Source: Candidatus Krumholzibacteriia bacterium (lineage in GTDB: Bacteria > Krumholzibacteriota > Krumholzibacteriia > JAJRXK01). From it: a stretch of 64,000 nt of DNA. Below the pieces are notes generated by a model. The model did no database searches. It had not been told where the DNA came from and saw only the letters and a program-made list of their open reading frames with translations. Positions 1 to 8,973 of this stretch are shown piece after piece. The position numbers and the translations under genes were made by a program. Numbering within the stretch: position 1 is the stretch's first letter; each line of letters starts with the position of its first letter. The stretch covers positions 57,642 to 121,641 of the forward strand of contig JBGPIA010000015.1 in assembly GCA_041484665.1 (NCBI GenBank), given 5' to 3'.

Positions 1-3000
1 AGGGCCGGGTTCGCTCAACGGCAAGTTCCAGACGTCCACCCTGCAGCCGGATCGGCAGGGGTGGGCGGGTGTGGACCTGACCGGATTGGCGCCGCACTGG
101 CACATCGACGCGTTCAATGCGGCGAACATGGCCGCACGACCCGCCTACTGGACGGGCTCCTACACGGTGCCCGCTACGAACCACGCGATCTGGGCTGGTC
201 TTCTGGCGGGGCCCGCGGGCTTTGTGACCACGGGCTACGGCAACAATTGGCACGATCAGCTCGACCACAGCTTCACGGTGAGCAACACCGCCGATAGCAC
301 GGTCATCAGCTGGGACCTGCAGTTCAACCATGACAGCGAGGACGGTTACGACTTCTTCCACGTCCAGTGGGACTCGGCGGGGTCGATGATCAACCTCGCG
401 GATTACACCGGATTCAACGCCGGCGGAGTCGCGGTCGACTTCCATGGCGATATCACGTACCACTCGGGCGATTACGTTGGGGCTGGTCACGACCAGGTCC
501 ACATCCGCGGCCGGTTCGACTCCGACGGCGCCGCGTCCGACGAGGACGGCCTCAACGCGACCGGTGACGGCGCGGTCCAGCTGGACAACATCCAGGTGAA
601 CGGCACCAACGGTGTGGGCCTGAGCCAGGCCACCTTCGAGGGCGGCAGCCTCGGCGGCTGGGCGCTCGTCCAGCATGACTTCGCTGGCGATTTCTCGAAG
701 GTGTACGGCCGGGTGGAGGACACCGATCCGTGCCGTGACAACATCACGCCGCAGATGACCTTCATCGACGACAACACCGCTCCCAACAACGATCCGGCGC
801 ACCGGACCACCGGCGGCAGCACGTCGCCGACCAATACGTACGGCGTGCCCGGTGGCTGGGTCGTCAACTATACGGGCGGCCTGACCCTCGGTGAGTCGCC
901 CTGCAGCAACGAGGTATGGTCGCCGGAGCTCAACTGGGATCTGCCCGGCACGGCAGATGACCTCGTCGACGGCGGCGCTTTCATCCGCTACGGCGTGTGG
1001 CAGCACCTGCCGCTGAACAACGGCATCTTCTGGGTGTGGCACGTGCGCAGCTTCCCGGCGGCTACCGGTGGCTGGACGGGCATGAAGGATCGCAACTTCG
1101 TCTACTACGGTGGCGGCGTTGCGCTCTACACCAACGTACAGAACGAGATTCGCGACCTGCTGGTGTCATCTCCCACAAAGGTGCAGTTTGCGCTGGGCAT
1201 GACCGACCTCGCAGATCTGTTCAACTTCCCGGGCAACGACGCCTCGATTTCGCCGACGTTCGACAACGCCGGCTTCGCGAAGTACGCGGGGGTCGGGCCT
1301 GGCGAAGTGACGCGCGAGATCGACCTGTTCAATGATGGCTTCCCGACCACGGGCGCCATCTCCTGCACGAGCGCCAGTGATAATGACCTGGCGATCCGCC
1401 TCGACATGGCCCGCGACATTCGCGCGAGCTCGCAGCCGAGGAACGTGCCGGGCGACTCCATCATCTGCGACTTCGTGGCCCGCAAGCCGGGGTCCTCGGT
1501 GGTTGCAAGCTCCATCCACATGGAGTTCCTGCTGGTCGCCAACCCCTGTTTCGACGCGGAGCGCGCGGGCGGCATCGCGGCTCTGCCGGGCATCGTGCAT
1601 GAACCCCTGGCATCGACGAACAGGTGGCGCGGCTCCGTAACTGGCCAGCAGTCCAGGACGGCTTCCGGCTCGGCCGTTGCCAACCGCTACTTCTTCGACC
1701 TGCCGGACGGCCCGGTCACGCTGGCTGCCTACGAGTCTGCGGAAGCCGCGCTGTTCTTCCCCGGCGATCAGATCCGCTACTACCTCACGGCCTCCACGAT
1801 CAACCCGGCGGAGACCTCCACGCTGCCTGCCGACACGAGCGGCTTCGGCAGTGGCACCGGTTACAACCGTGTCTTCACGGTTTACGGCCTGCCGACCTTG
1901 ACCTGTGGCGCGACGGATACCTCACCTTGCACGCAGCCCAGCATTCTGTTCTGGAACGACCAGCCAGATCGCGGTGGCAACGACGAGTGGGGCCAGGCAT
2001 TCGGCCAGAATGGGTTGGTGTTGCACCAGCAGTACGACACGTACCGGACCAATGGGCCGAGCTCGCTCGTGTCCGACGGTCTGGGCTCGGCGGGCGCCCA
2101 CGGCGCCAACTCGGGCCAGCTGGCGGGCTACAACACCCTGTTCTATGACGCCGCTAATCTCGCCAGCGGGCTGATCAGCGATGGCAGCAGCACGGGGACC
2201 AACGACAAGGGCAACGACGTCGCTGCCCTGACAGGCTGGTTCGCGCAGGCTGGCAACCGGTACGCCGCGTACTGGGGCGATAACATCGCGAACGGCCTGG
2301 GTGGCGGCGGCGTCACCTACCGCAGCAACGTGATGGGTGTTACGCTGCGTGGCGACAACGTTCGTCCGCGCATCGGGAACCAGACGGCTCCCGAGATCGG
2401 TCCGACGGGTGCTGTTGCCGGCTTCAGCCAGCACTTCATCGCGTTCGGTGGATGCTTGTCCATCAACCTGTTCGACGACATCGTCCCGGGTGCTGCGACC
2501 GCCGTGAGTTCGCATCAGTTCCTCCCGGGCCCGTACGCTACCACTCCGTCCGCCTGCGTGTATAACGCGAGGCAGGACACGATTGCGGGCACGGGGTACG
2601 ACCGCGTGAACATGACGTTCCCGTACGGGTTCCTGTTCGTTCAGGACGTGTTCCCGAAGACCGGCGGCCGGTCGGCGCGTGCGGGGCTCACCCGCGAGGC
2701 GCTGACCAGGTTCGGTCACAGCGGGGACCTCGACCAAGGGGTCGTCGCTACGGACCCGATTGCCAGCCGCAGGCTGGTCGTCGACCAGAACCGCCCGAAC
2801 CCGTTCAACCCGGTCACGAACATCAACTTCGCCGCCCCGGCCCGCGGGCACGTGTCGGTGAAGATCTACAACGTGCGCGGCGAGCTCGTGACGAAGCTGC
2901 TCGATGGCATCGTCGAAGCTGGCCAGCAGTCGGTAACCTGGAACGGGACGGACACCCATGGTCGCTCGGTGGCCAGCGGCGTCTACCTGTACGAGGTATC

Positions 3001-3046
3001 CGGCTTTGATCAGTCCGTGATCAAGAAGATGGCGCTGGTCAAGTAG
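1..3046 (+). CDS. Large secreted protein with C-terminal FlgD Ig-like / sorting domain (5'-truncated by window edge)
   Basis: Frame is open from position 2 (GPGSLNGKFQ...), so the true start lies upstream. C-terminus NRPNPFNPVTNINF...VKIYNVRGELV...WNGTD..G..VASGVYLY is the FlgD/T9SS-like tail. An FNHDSEDGYD...FDSDG jelly-roll-type motif lies near the N-terminus. Confidence 0.85.
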   Translation, partial: GPGSLNGKFQTSTLQPDRQGWAGVDLTGLAPHWHIDAFNAANMAARPAYWTGSYTVPATNHAIWAGLLAGPAGFVTTGYGNNWHDQLDHSFTVSNTADSTVISWDLQFNHDSEDGYDFFHVQWDSAGSMINLADYTGFNAGGVAVDFHGDITYHSGDYVGAGHDQVHIRGRFDSDGAASDEDGLNATGDGAVQLDNIQVNGTNGVGLSQATFEGGSLGGWALVQHDFAGDFSKVYGRVEDTDPCRDNITPQMTFIDDNTAPNNDPAHRTTGGSTSPTNTYGVPGGWVVNYTGGLTLGESPCSNEVWSPELNWDLPGTADDLVDGGAFIRYGVWQHLPLNNGIFWVWHVRSFPAATGGWTGMKDRNFVYYGGGVALYTNVQNEIRDLLVSSPTKVQFALGMTDLADLFNFPGNDASISPTFDNAGFAKYAGVGPGEVTREIDLFNDGFPTTGAISCTSASDNDLAIRLDMARDIRASSQPRNVPGDSIICDFVARKPGSSVVASSIHMEFLLVANPCFDAERAGGIAALPGIVHEPLASTNRWRGSVTGQQSRTASGSAVANRYFFDLPDGPVTLAAYESAEAALFFPGDQIRYYLTASTINPAETSTLPADTSGFGSGTGYNRVFTVYGLPTLTCGATDTSPCTQPSILFWNDQPDRGGNDEWGQAFGQNGLVLHQQYDTYRTNGPSSLVSDGLGSAGAHGANSGQLAGYNTLFYDAANLASGLISDGSSTGTNDKGNDVAALTGWFAQAGNRYAAYWGDNIANGLGGGGVTYRSNVMGVTLRGDNVRPRIGNQTAPEIGPTGAVAGFSQHFIAFGGCLSINLFDDIVPGAATAVSSHQFLPGPYATTPSACVYNARQDTIAGTGYDRVNMTFPYGFLFVQDVFPKTGGRSARAGLTREALTRFGHSGDLDQGVVATDPIASRRLVVDQNRPNPFNPVTNINFAAPARGHVSVKIYNVRGELVTKLLDGIVEAGQQSVTWNGTDTHGRSVASGVYLYEVSGFDQSVIKKMALVK

Positions 3047-3072
3047 CCAGCCTGTCTTCGGATCTGCGACCC

Positions 3073-3119
3073 GTCCCCTGAACGGGGACAGCGACCGGCG
3101 GGGCGAAAGCCCCGCCGGT
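3073..3119 (+). terminator. Tandem GC-rich hairpins after the FlgD gene (terminator/stabiliser-like)
   Basis: GTCCCC-tgaac-GGGGAC (3073-3089) and ACCGGCGGGGC-GAAA-GCCCCGCCGGT (3094-3119). The U-tract is weak. Confidence 0.55.
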
Positions 3120-3138
3120 TCGCGTTGGGAGACGTGCG

Positions 3139-3726
3139 ATGCGCCGCTGGGGCAGAGCGATCCTCGTCGCACCGTTGCTGGCGCTCTGCGCCTTGCGCGC
3201 AGCGCCGGCTGCGGCCCAGCCCCCGTCGAGCAGTATCGGGATCTTCTTCGACCCCACCGCCACGACCCACACCGCGCAGGTCGTGGTCGGCCAGCCGTTC
3301 GATGCCTACGTGATCGCGCTGCAGCCTCTGGGTGGAATCTACGCGTTCGAGCTGGCCGTGGTGGTCGACCCTCGGCTGAACGTTCTTTCGCGAACCGCAG
3401 CGCAGAACAGCGACGACGTCCTCCCCGGCGACGACAACTGGGCCGTGGGGTTGCGCAGCGAGTGTCTGCTGGGCTTGGGGCCGTTCGTCCTGCTCACCTA
3501 CAGGCTCGCGGCACGGGAGGCGGCGGCCGACCTCACCCTATGCCTGACCGGCTCGACGCCCTCCAGCTTCGATCCGGCGGTTCCGGCGCACCTGGACTGC
3601 AATCTGTCCGGCCCCTACCCCTTCACGCTCGCGTACACGGGGTGCGCCGCCGTGGGCGCGACGCCGACGCCTGCCGCCGCCGCGAGCTTGGGCACGATCA
3701 AGGCCCGCTACCGCGGCGCTCCTTGA
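3139..3726 (+). CDS. Secreted protein with C-terminal SLGTIKARYR tail
   Basis: N-terminal signal peptide (ILVAPLLALCALRAAPAAA), a beta-rich IGIFFD... domain with several Cys, and the tail ASLGTIKARYR. Confidence 0.75.
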   Translation: MRRWGRAILVAPLLALCALRAAPAAAQPPSSSIGIFFDPTATTHTAQVVVGQPFDAYVIALQPLGGIYAFELAVVVDPRLNVLSRTAAQNSDDVLPGDDNWAVGLRSECLLGLGPFVLLTYRLAAREAAADLTLCLTGSTPSSFDPAVPAHLDCNLSGPYPFTLAYTGCAAVGATPTPAAAASLGTIKARYRGAP

Positions 3727-3792
3727 GGCCGCTGATCGCCCGCGCTCGGCTGTGGCCGCGCGACGCGACGAAGCGCGAAGGAGGCCCAGTCT

Positions 3793-4656
3793 GTGACCCT
3801 GGGACGGCGGAGCCGATCGGCACGCGCTGTTGTCCGGGCCGCGCCGTCCATCGTGGCCGCCTGGATCGTGGCCGCCGGGTTGCTCCATGCAGCGCCCGCG
3901 CGGGCATCGGCTGCGTCCCCGCCTTCGGCGCATACGGTGGCGGCGCCAAGCGCCGCCGATCCGCAGGTCCACGCTGCGTTCGGCCGGCTGCTCGCCCTCT
4001 ACGCCGTCGACGGCCGCGTGCGCTACGCCGCGTGGGCCGCGAGCCGGCCCGACCGACAGGCCTTGCACGACTACCTTGCCCGGCTGCAGGCGTTGGATCC
4101 GGCGGGGCTGCCGCGCGACGACGCGCTCGCCTACTGGATCGACCTGTACAATGCCGCGACGCTGAGCCTGGTGCTGGAGCACTATCCCGTGAGGAGCATC
4201 CGCGAGATTGGCGCCTTGGCCGGCTCGCCGTGGAAGAGCGAGCTCGTGCGCGTGGCCGGCCGCGAGCTGTCCCTCGACGCCATCGAGAACGAGATCCTCC
4301 GCCCCGCGTTCCACGATCCACGCGTCCACTTCGCCCTCAACTGCGCGTCGGTCAGCTGCCCGCCGCTGGCCGGTCAGCCCTTCGTGGGGGCGCGCATCGA
4401 CGAGCAGCTCGACGGCGCGTGCCGCCGCGCGCTCACCGACCCCCGGTGGACCGATCTGCGCGTGGACCGCATCCGTGTGACGCCGATCTTCGACTGGTAC
4501 GCCGCTGACTTCCAGCAAGCCGGCCTTACGGTGCGAGAGTTCATCGCGCGCTACCGTCCGGCCGACCGCGCGGCGCTGCTCGCGCCCACGCGCCCACTGG
4601 AATTCGCCGACTACGACTGGAGCCTCAACGACGCGCCGGCCGGGGCGGCGCGCTAG
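3793..4656 (+). CDS. DUF547 domain-containing secreted protein
   Basis: Motifs LAYWIDLYNA, SLDAIENEILR, DPRVHFALNCASVSCPPL and YDWSLN. Start codon uncertain. Confidence 0.85.
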   Translation: MTLGRRSRSARAVVRAAPSIVAAWIVAAGLLHAAPARASAASPPSAHTVAAPSAADPQVHAAFGRLLALYAVDGRVRYAAWAASRPDRQALHDYLARLQALDPAGLPRDDALAYWIDLYNAATLSLVLEHYPVRSIREIGALAGSPWKSELVRVAGRELSLDAIENEILRPAFHDPRVHFALNCASVSCPPLAGQPFVGARIDEQLDGACRRALTDPRWTDLRVDRIRVTPIFDWYAADFQQAGLTVREFIARYRPADRAALLAPTRPLEFADYDWSLNDAPAGAAR

Positions 4657-4855
4657 CCGCCTCGGCGTCTGCGGCGAGTCGTGGCTGGCGCGGCGCGGTG
4701 CCCGGCCCGCTCGGGTGCGGCGCCTGGTCACGACGCCGTGCGCGCCGTTACACTTGCAGGACCCTCGTCCTCGATCCGGCATGCAATTTGCGGCCTGGCG
4801 GGGCGTGCGTCGTTGGATCCCCGTGCGATCGATGTCCCGTTCCCCACCGGTGCCC

Positions 4856-5752
4856 ATGGATCGAGAATCCGACGCCGATGTCGGCGCCCGCGCCGCCCGC
4901 TCCGGCGACGCGTCGCCATCCCCACCGCCGCGGGCGCATGCCGGCGGCGCGGATGAGCTCGTCGTGCTGGACCCCGACCACCCAGGGTTCCGCGATCTGG
5001 CGTACCGCGCGCGGCGCAATGCCATCGCGCGGCTGGCACTGGAGTACCAGCCGGGCGACCCGGTCCCCGCGGTGGAGTACACAGCGGACGAGCTGGAGGT
5101 CTGGCGCACCGTCTGGCGGCAGCTCGCGCCGCTGCACGAGCGGACTGCGTGCCACGCGTACCGCCAGTGCTCGCTGCGGCTCCCCTTGCCTGGCGACCGC
5201 GTTCCGCAGCTGGCCGAGATCAACGCGCGGTTGGGGCCCGCAACCGGATTCACCATGCTGCCGGTGGCCGGCCTGGTCTCCGCCCGCACGTTCCTGGGCT
5301 ATCTGGCGCGTGGCATCTTCCTGTCCACGCAATACATGCGACACCACAGCCGGCCGCTCTACACGCCGGAGCCGGACGTTATCCACGAGCTGGTCGGACA
5401 CGCCGCGACGCTGATCGATCCCGAGCTCGCGCAGCTCAATCGGCGGTTCGGCGAGGCGATGCTGGCGGCCGATGGGACATCTGCCGTGCGCATCGAGCGT
5501 GTCTATTGGTTCAGCCTCGAGTTCGGCGTCGTGCAGGAGGCGGGGGGGCTCAAGGCCGTGGGCGCAGGCCTGCTGTCGTCGTTCGGCGAGTTGGAGCGCT
5601 TCGCCTCACAGGCCCGCCTGCTGCCATTCGATCTGGAAGCGATCGCGGCGGCCCCGTATGATCCGACCGGCTATCAAGAGCGCCTCTTCGTGGCGCCGGG
5701 CTACCACGAGCTGATCGAGTCGGTGGGTCGATGGCTCTTGCAAGCAGGTTGA
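4856..5752 (+). CDS. phhA: Phenylalanine 4-monooxygenase (pterin-dependent aromatic amino acid hydroxylase)
   Basis: DHPGFRDLAYRARR, YTPEPDVIHELVGH (Fe His ligands), YWFSLEFG and GAGLLSSFGE. Start at 4832 or 4856. Confidence 0.9.
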   Translation: MDRESDADVGARAARSGDASPSPPPRAHAGGADELVVLDPDHPGFRDLAYRARRNAIARLALEYQPGDPVPAVEYTADELEVWRTVWRQLAPLHERTACHAYRQCSLRLPLPGDRVPQLAEINARLGPATGFTMLPVAGLVSARTFLGYLARGIFLSTQYMRHHSRPLYTPEPDVIHELVGHAATLIDPELAQLNRRFGEAMLAADGTSAVRIERVYWFSLEFGVVQEAGGLKAVGAGLLSSFGELERFASQARLLPFDLEAIAAAPYDPTGYQERLFVAPGYHELIESVGRWLLQAG

Positions 5753-7038
5753 GGGCGGCGTGGCGCTTTGCGGCGCTGCTGCTCGTCGTAGGGCAGCGCG
5801 GCCCGGCGGCATGGGCGCAGCAGCCAGCGTCCGGTCGAAGGCCCATCCTGATCACCGTGGACGATCTGCCCATCGCCGCCGGCAGCGTTCATCCAGAGCC
5901 GGACGATCGCGCGGCCATTACGCGCGGGCTGCTCGCCGCGCTGCAGAAGCACCGCATCCAGGCCGTGGGGCTGGTCGCCTGGGGCAAGGTGTCGCGCCCG
6001 GGTGACCGGGAGCTGCTCACGCAATGGCTGCGCGCCGGGCACGAGCTGGGCAACCACTCGCACTCGCATCTCGACTACACGCATACGCCCGCAGAGACTT
6101 ACGTCGCCGACGTCGAGCGGGGCCGCGCGGCGCTCGCGGAGCTGCTCTTTGCCGATGGCAAGACGCTGCGTTTCTTCCGGTACCCGTTCCTGTGCGAGGG
6201 CGACACCGAATCCAAGCTCGACACCATGCGCGCATACCTGGAGCGGACCGGCCAGCGCAACCTGCCCGTCAGCATCGACAACCAGGATTGGTCGTTCGAG
6301 GAACCGTGGGTGAAGGCCGCTGCCGCGGGCGACGGTGCGGCGCTGGAGGAGATCACCCAGGACTACGTGGCCGCGCTGCGTATCGCGGTGCGCCACCACG
6401 AGAGCCGGGGCGACCACCTCGCCGGGCGGACCCTGCCGCAGATCCTGCTGCTGCACGCGGGAGCGGTGGGCGCCGCGCACTGGGACAGCTTGTTCACCTG
6501 GCTGGAGCGCACGGGTCACCGCTTCGCCAGCGCTGACGAGGTGCTGGCCGACTCGGTCTTCGCGCGGCCCTGCCGTTACGTGGGCGACTTCGGCTGCGGC
6601 CTGTGGGACCGCCTCGCGCACCAGCGCGGCGAGATCCAGGCGCGCGCGGAGGTGGAGACACTACTGCGTCAGCAGGCGGCGGCCTGGAGCCGCGGGGACC
6701 TCGATGCGTTCTGCGCGGTGTATGCCCCGGACGCGCTGTTCCTGTCGCCGTCGGGGACAACGCGCGGGCGGCAGGCCGTTCTCGAGCGCTACCGCGCGCG
6801 CTACCCCGGCAAGGAGGCCATGGGCGCCCTCACGTTGGAGCTGCTCGAGCTGCGCACGGCCTCCGGGACGGAGTTCACTCTGCTGGGAGATGCGGTGCCC
6901 AGCCGCATCCACGGCGCCTCAGCAGCCGCGCGCTGGACCCTGAGCTATCCCGACCGACCGACCGCGTCGGGGCTGACGCTCCTGGTGTTGCACCGCCGCG
7001 ATGATGGCTGGGAGATCGTGCAGGACTCTTCGATGTAG
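5731..7038 (+). CDS. Polysaccharide deacetylase (CE4) fused to a C-terminal SnoaL/DUF4440 domain
   Basis: ITVDDLP, GNHSHSH, FFRYPFL and ILLLH motifs. C-terminus QAAAWSRGDLDAF...RGRQAVLERYRARYP...WEIVQDSS. Confidence 0.85.
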   Translation: MALASRLRAAWRFAALLLVVGQRGPAAWAQQPASGRRPILITVDDLPIAAGSVHPEPDDRAAITRGLLAALQKHRIQAVGLVAWGKVSRPGDRELLTQWLRAGHELGNHSHSHLDYTHTPAETYVADVERGRAALAELLFADGKTLRFFRYPFLCEGDTESKLDTMRAYLERTGQRNLPVSIDNQDWSFEEPWVKAAAAGDGAALEEITQDYVAALRIAVRHHESRGDHLAGRTLPQILLLHAGAVGAAHWDSLFTWLERTGHRFASADEVLADSVFARPCRYVGDFGCGLWDRLAHQRGEIQARAEVETLLRQQAAAWSRGDLDAFCAVYAPDALFLSPSGTTRGRQAVLERYRARYPGKEAMGALTLELLELRTASGTEFTLLGDAVPSRIHGASAAARWTLSYPDRPTASGLTLLVLHRRDDGWEIVQDSSM

Positions 7039-7087
7039 TGCCCGGGCGCTGCTGGCCGAGCGGCCGAGCGGGCCTAGCCGCGCGGGT

Positions 7088-7459
7088 CTACTGGAAGTCG
7101 GCGGCCTCGCGCTCGATCTCCACGGCCACGGTGCGCGCAGCGCGCAATGCCTCCGGCTTCTCCACGCGCACGCGGACGCGCTGCACGCCGGGCGCGTGCA
7201 GGCACAGGCGCGCGATGTCCCCGGCCAGCGCCTCGAGCGTGAAGCGGTGCGCGTGCTGCACGTGCGCGGTCACGGTCCGGGCGAGAGCATCATAGTCTGT
7301 CGTGTCCGCCAGCGCGTCGCTCGCCCCCGCGGCTCGCTGGTCGCCGTAGAGCATCAAGCTCACCAGCACGTCCTGCGGATGGATACGCTCCTCCTCGTGC
7401 ACGCCCACGATGGCGCGCACTCGCAGGTCGCGGATTTCGATGCGATCCTGGGAGGCCAT
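7088..7459 (-). CDS. folB: Dihydroneopterin aldolase / FolX-type epimerase
   Basis: DRIEIRDLRVRAIVGVHEEER...QDV, DYD, LEALA and VRVEKP. GGAG RBS before the ATG at 7459. Confidence 0.85.
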   Translation of the reverse strand: MASQDRIEIRDLRVRAIVGVHEEERIHPQDVLVSLMLYGDQRAAGASDALADTTDYDALARTVTAHVQHAHRFTLEALAGDIARLCLHAPGVQRVRVRVEKPEALRAARTVAVEIEREAADFQ

Positions 7460-7649
7460 CACTCCATCCATCCTCGCTCGCGACCGGCCGGATCCTCAAC
7501 AATCCGCGCGGCGCACCTGCGGCCTGCGACCGGCAGCGCCCAACACGAGTGCCCAGTCTGGCACGCCGCACAGGGGGCGACAAGCAGCGGGCACGAGCGC
7601 GCTGGCCCCCGGGCCGCCGGATCCACTGTACGGGTCGGGGGTAGGCCAA

Positions 7650-7750
7650 AGCCAAGGTCATTGGGGAGGTCGGGGGCAGGGTCAGGGTGCGGGTGAGGGC
7701 CTGGATCAGGGTGAGGGTGCGGGTGAGGGCTTGGGTCAGGTTGAGGGCCG
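7650..7750. repeat. Degenerate hexamer-period tandem repeat (GGTGAG/GGTCAG/GGTGCG)
   Basis: gtcagggtgcgggtgagggcctggatcagggtgagggtgcgggtgagggcttgggtcagg. Confidence 0.6.
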
Positions 7751-8794
7751 CGGTGCGGGCGCCAGCTCCTGGGGGTAGGGCGACAGCAACAGCTGCCGCT
7801 CCAGGTCGCTCTCGTGGAGGTGCGCCGCCCACGCGCGCAGCGTCGCTGCCGGCGCAGAGCGCGGCACTCGCTCCTGCCGGCACGCCTCCAGCTGCGCCAG
7901 GATGCGCGCGCGCTCGGCCACGGGAAGCCGCGCCTCGATCCCGCTGAACGCGCGCTGCAAGGCGTCGGCCGTGGCCGGCGCGCTCGCCGGGGCGGCCAGC
8001 GCAGCCGCCAGCTCGCGCCCGTACGCGATGGTGAGCTCCGCCCGCGGCACACCGTCCGCCCGCGCCAGCAGCCGCTCCATCGCCCGCAGCCGTCCGCGAT
8101 CGTAGGCGAACAGCAGCAACTGGGCGCGGGCATGGAACACGGTCAAGCCCTGCAGCGACGCTTCGCGAGCGACCGACCCTCGGCCCGCGGCGGACCCTCC
8201 ATTTGCGGCGGATGCTGCGCCCGTCACCGGCCGTTCATTCACGGCGGCGCGGAAGGCGGCGAGCGTGAACAGCTTGATCAGGAAGTGATCCGCGTGGACG
8301 GGGTCGCCGAGACGCTCTTCGTCCTCGACCGCCAGGCCAGAGAAGCGCGCGAGCACAGCGCGCGCGAATCGCCCGGGCCCAAAGCGCACGAGCGCGCCTT
8401 GGGGCTGGTCGAGGACCTTGGCGTCCGCGATCCCGCACGAGGGCGAGCGGCTCTTGAGCAGGAAGCCGTCAACTGGCGGCAGCGCGTCCAGCAAAGCGCG
8501 TGCGGTGCGCTCCATCGCGTCCGTCAGGTCGCGTCCGGTGGAGGGCTGCACCAGGCGTTCGCTTCTGGCGCCACCCGCCACGAGCAGGATGGGGTCGCGC
8601 GGGATGCCCAGGCCGAGCGCCACCTCCGGGCAGAGTGGCAGGCAGCGCGCGTGCACACGCAGCCGTCGCACCAACCCGTTTTCGATGCGTTGGCCGTCGT
8701 ACCGGCAGGCGTCGAATTCCAGACATTGGCTGATCACCAGCGTCGGCGTGGCGCGGGCTGTCACGGGCGCGCCCGCTTCCCCGAGGGCGTACAC
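7736..8794 (-). CDS. DUF523 (2-thiouracil desulfidase TudS-like) / DUF1722 fusion protein
   Basis: SQCL..ACRYDG, CPEVALGLGIPR and KSRSPSCG; C-terminal FHARAQLLLFAY...LERQLLLSPYP. Start uncertain. Confidence 0.85.
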   Translation of the reverse strand: MYALGEAGAPVTARATPTLVISQCLEFDACRYDGQRIENGLVRRLRVHARCLPLCPEVALGLGIPRDPILLVAGGARSERLVQPSTGRDLTDAMERTARALLDALPPVDGFLLKSRSPSCGIADAKVLDQPQGALVRFGPGRFARAVLARFSGLAVEDEERLGDPVHADHFLIKLFTLAAFRAAVNERPVTGAASAANGGSAAGRGSVAREASLQGLTVFHARAQLLLFAYDRGRLRAMERLLARADGVPRAELTIAYGRELAAALAAPASAPATADALQRAFSGIEARLPVAERARILAQLEACRQERVPRSAPAATLRAWAAHLHESDLERQLLLSPYPQELAPAPRPST

Positions 8795-8973
8795 CAGGCC
8801 TGGGCGGTCCGTGCGTCACCCACGATCACCTCCGATGGCGCTGCACTGCCCATGCCGACCACCTCCTCCGCGCGACAGCCTGCACTTTCCCGTGGCACCG
8901 CCCCCCGTACATTGCCTAAGCTCTTGGATTTCAACCGGTTCGCCCCCGCTCCCCACCTGCAGCCCGGGCTGGA

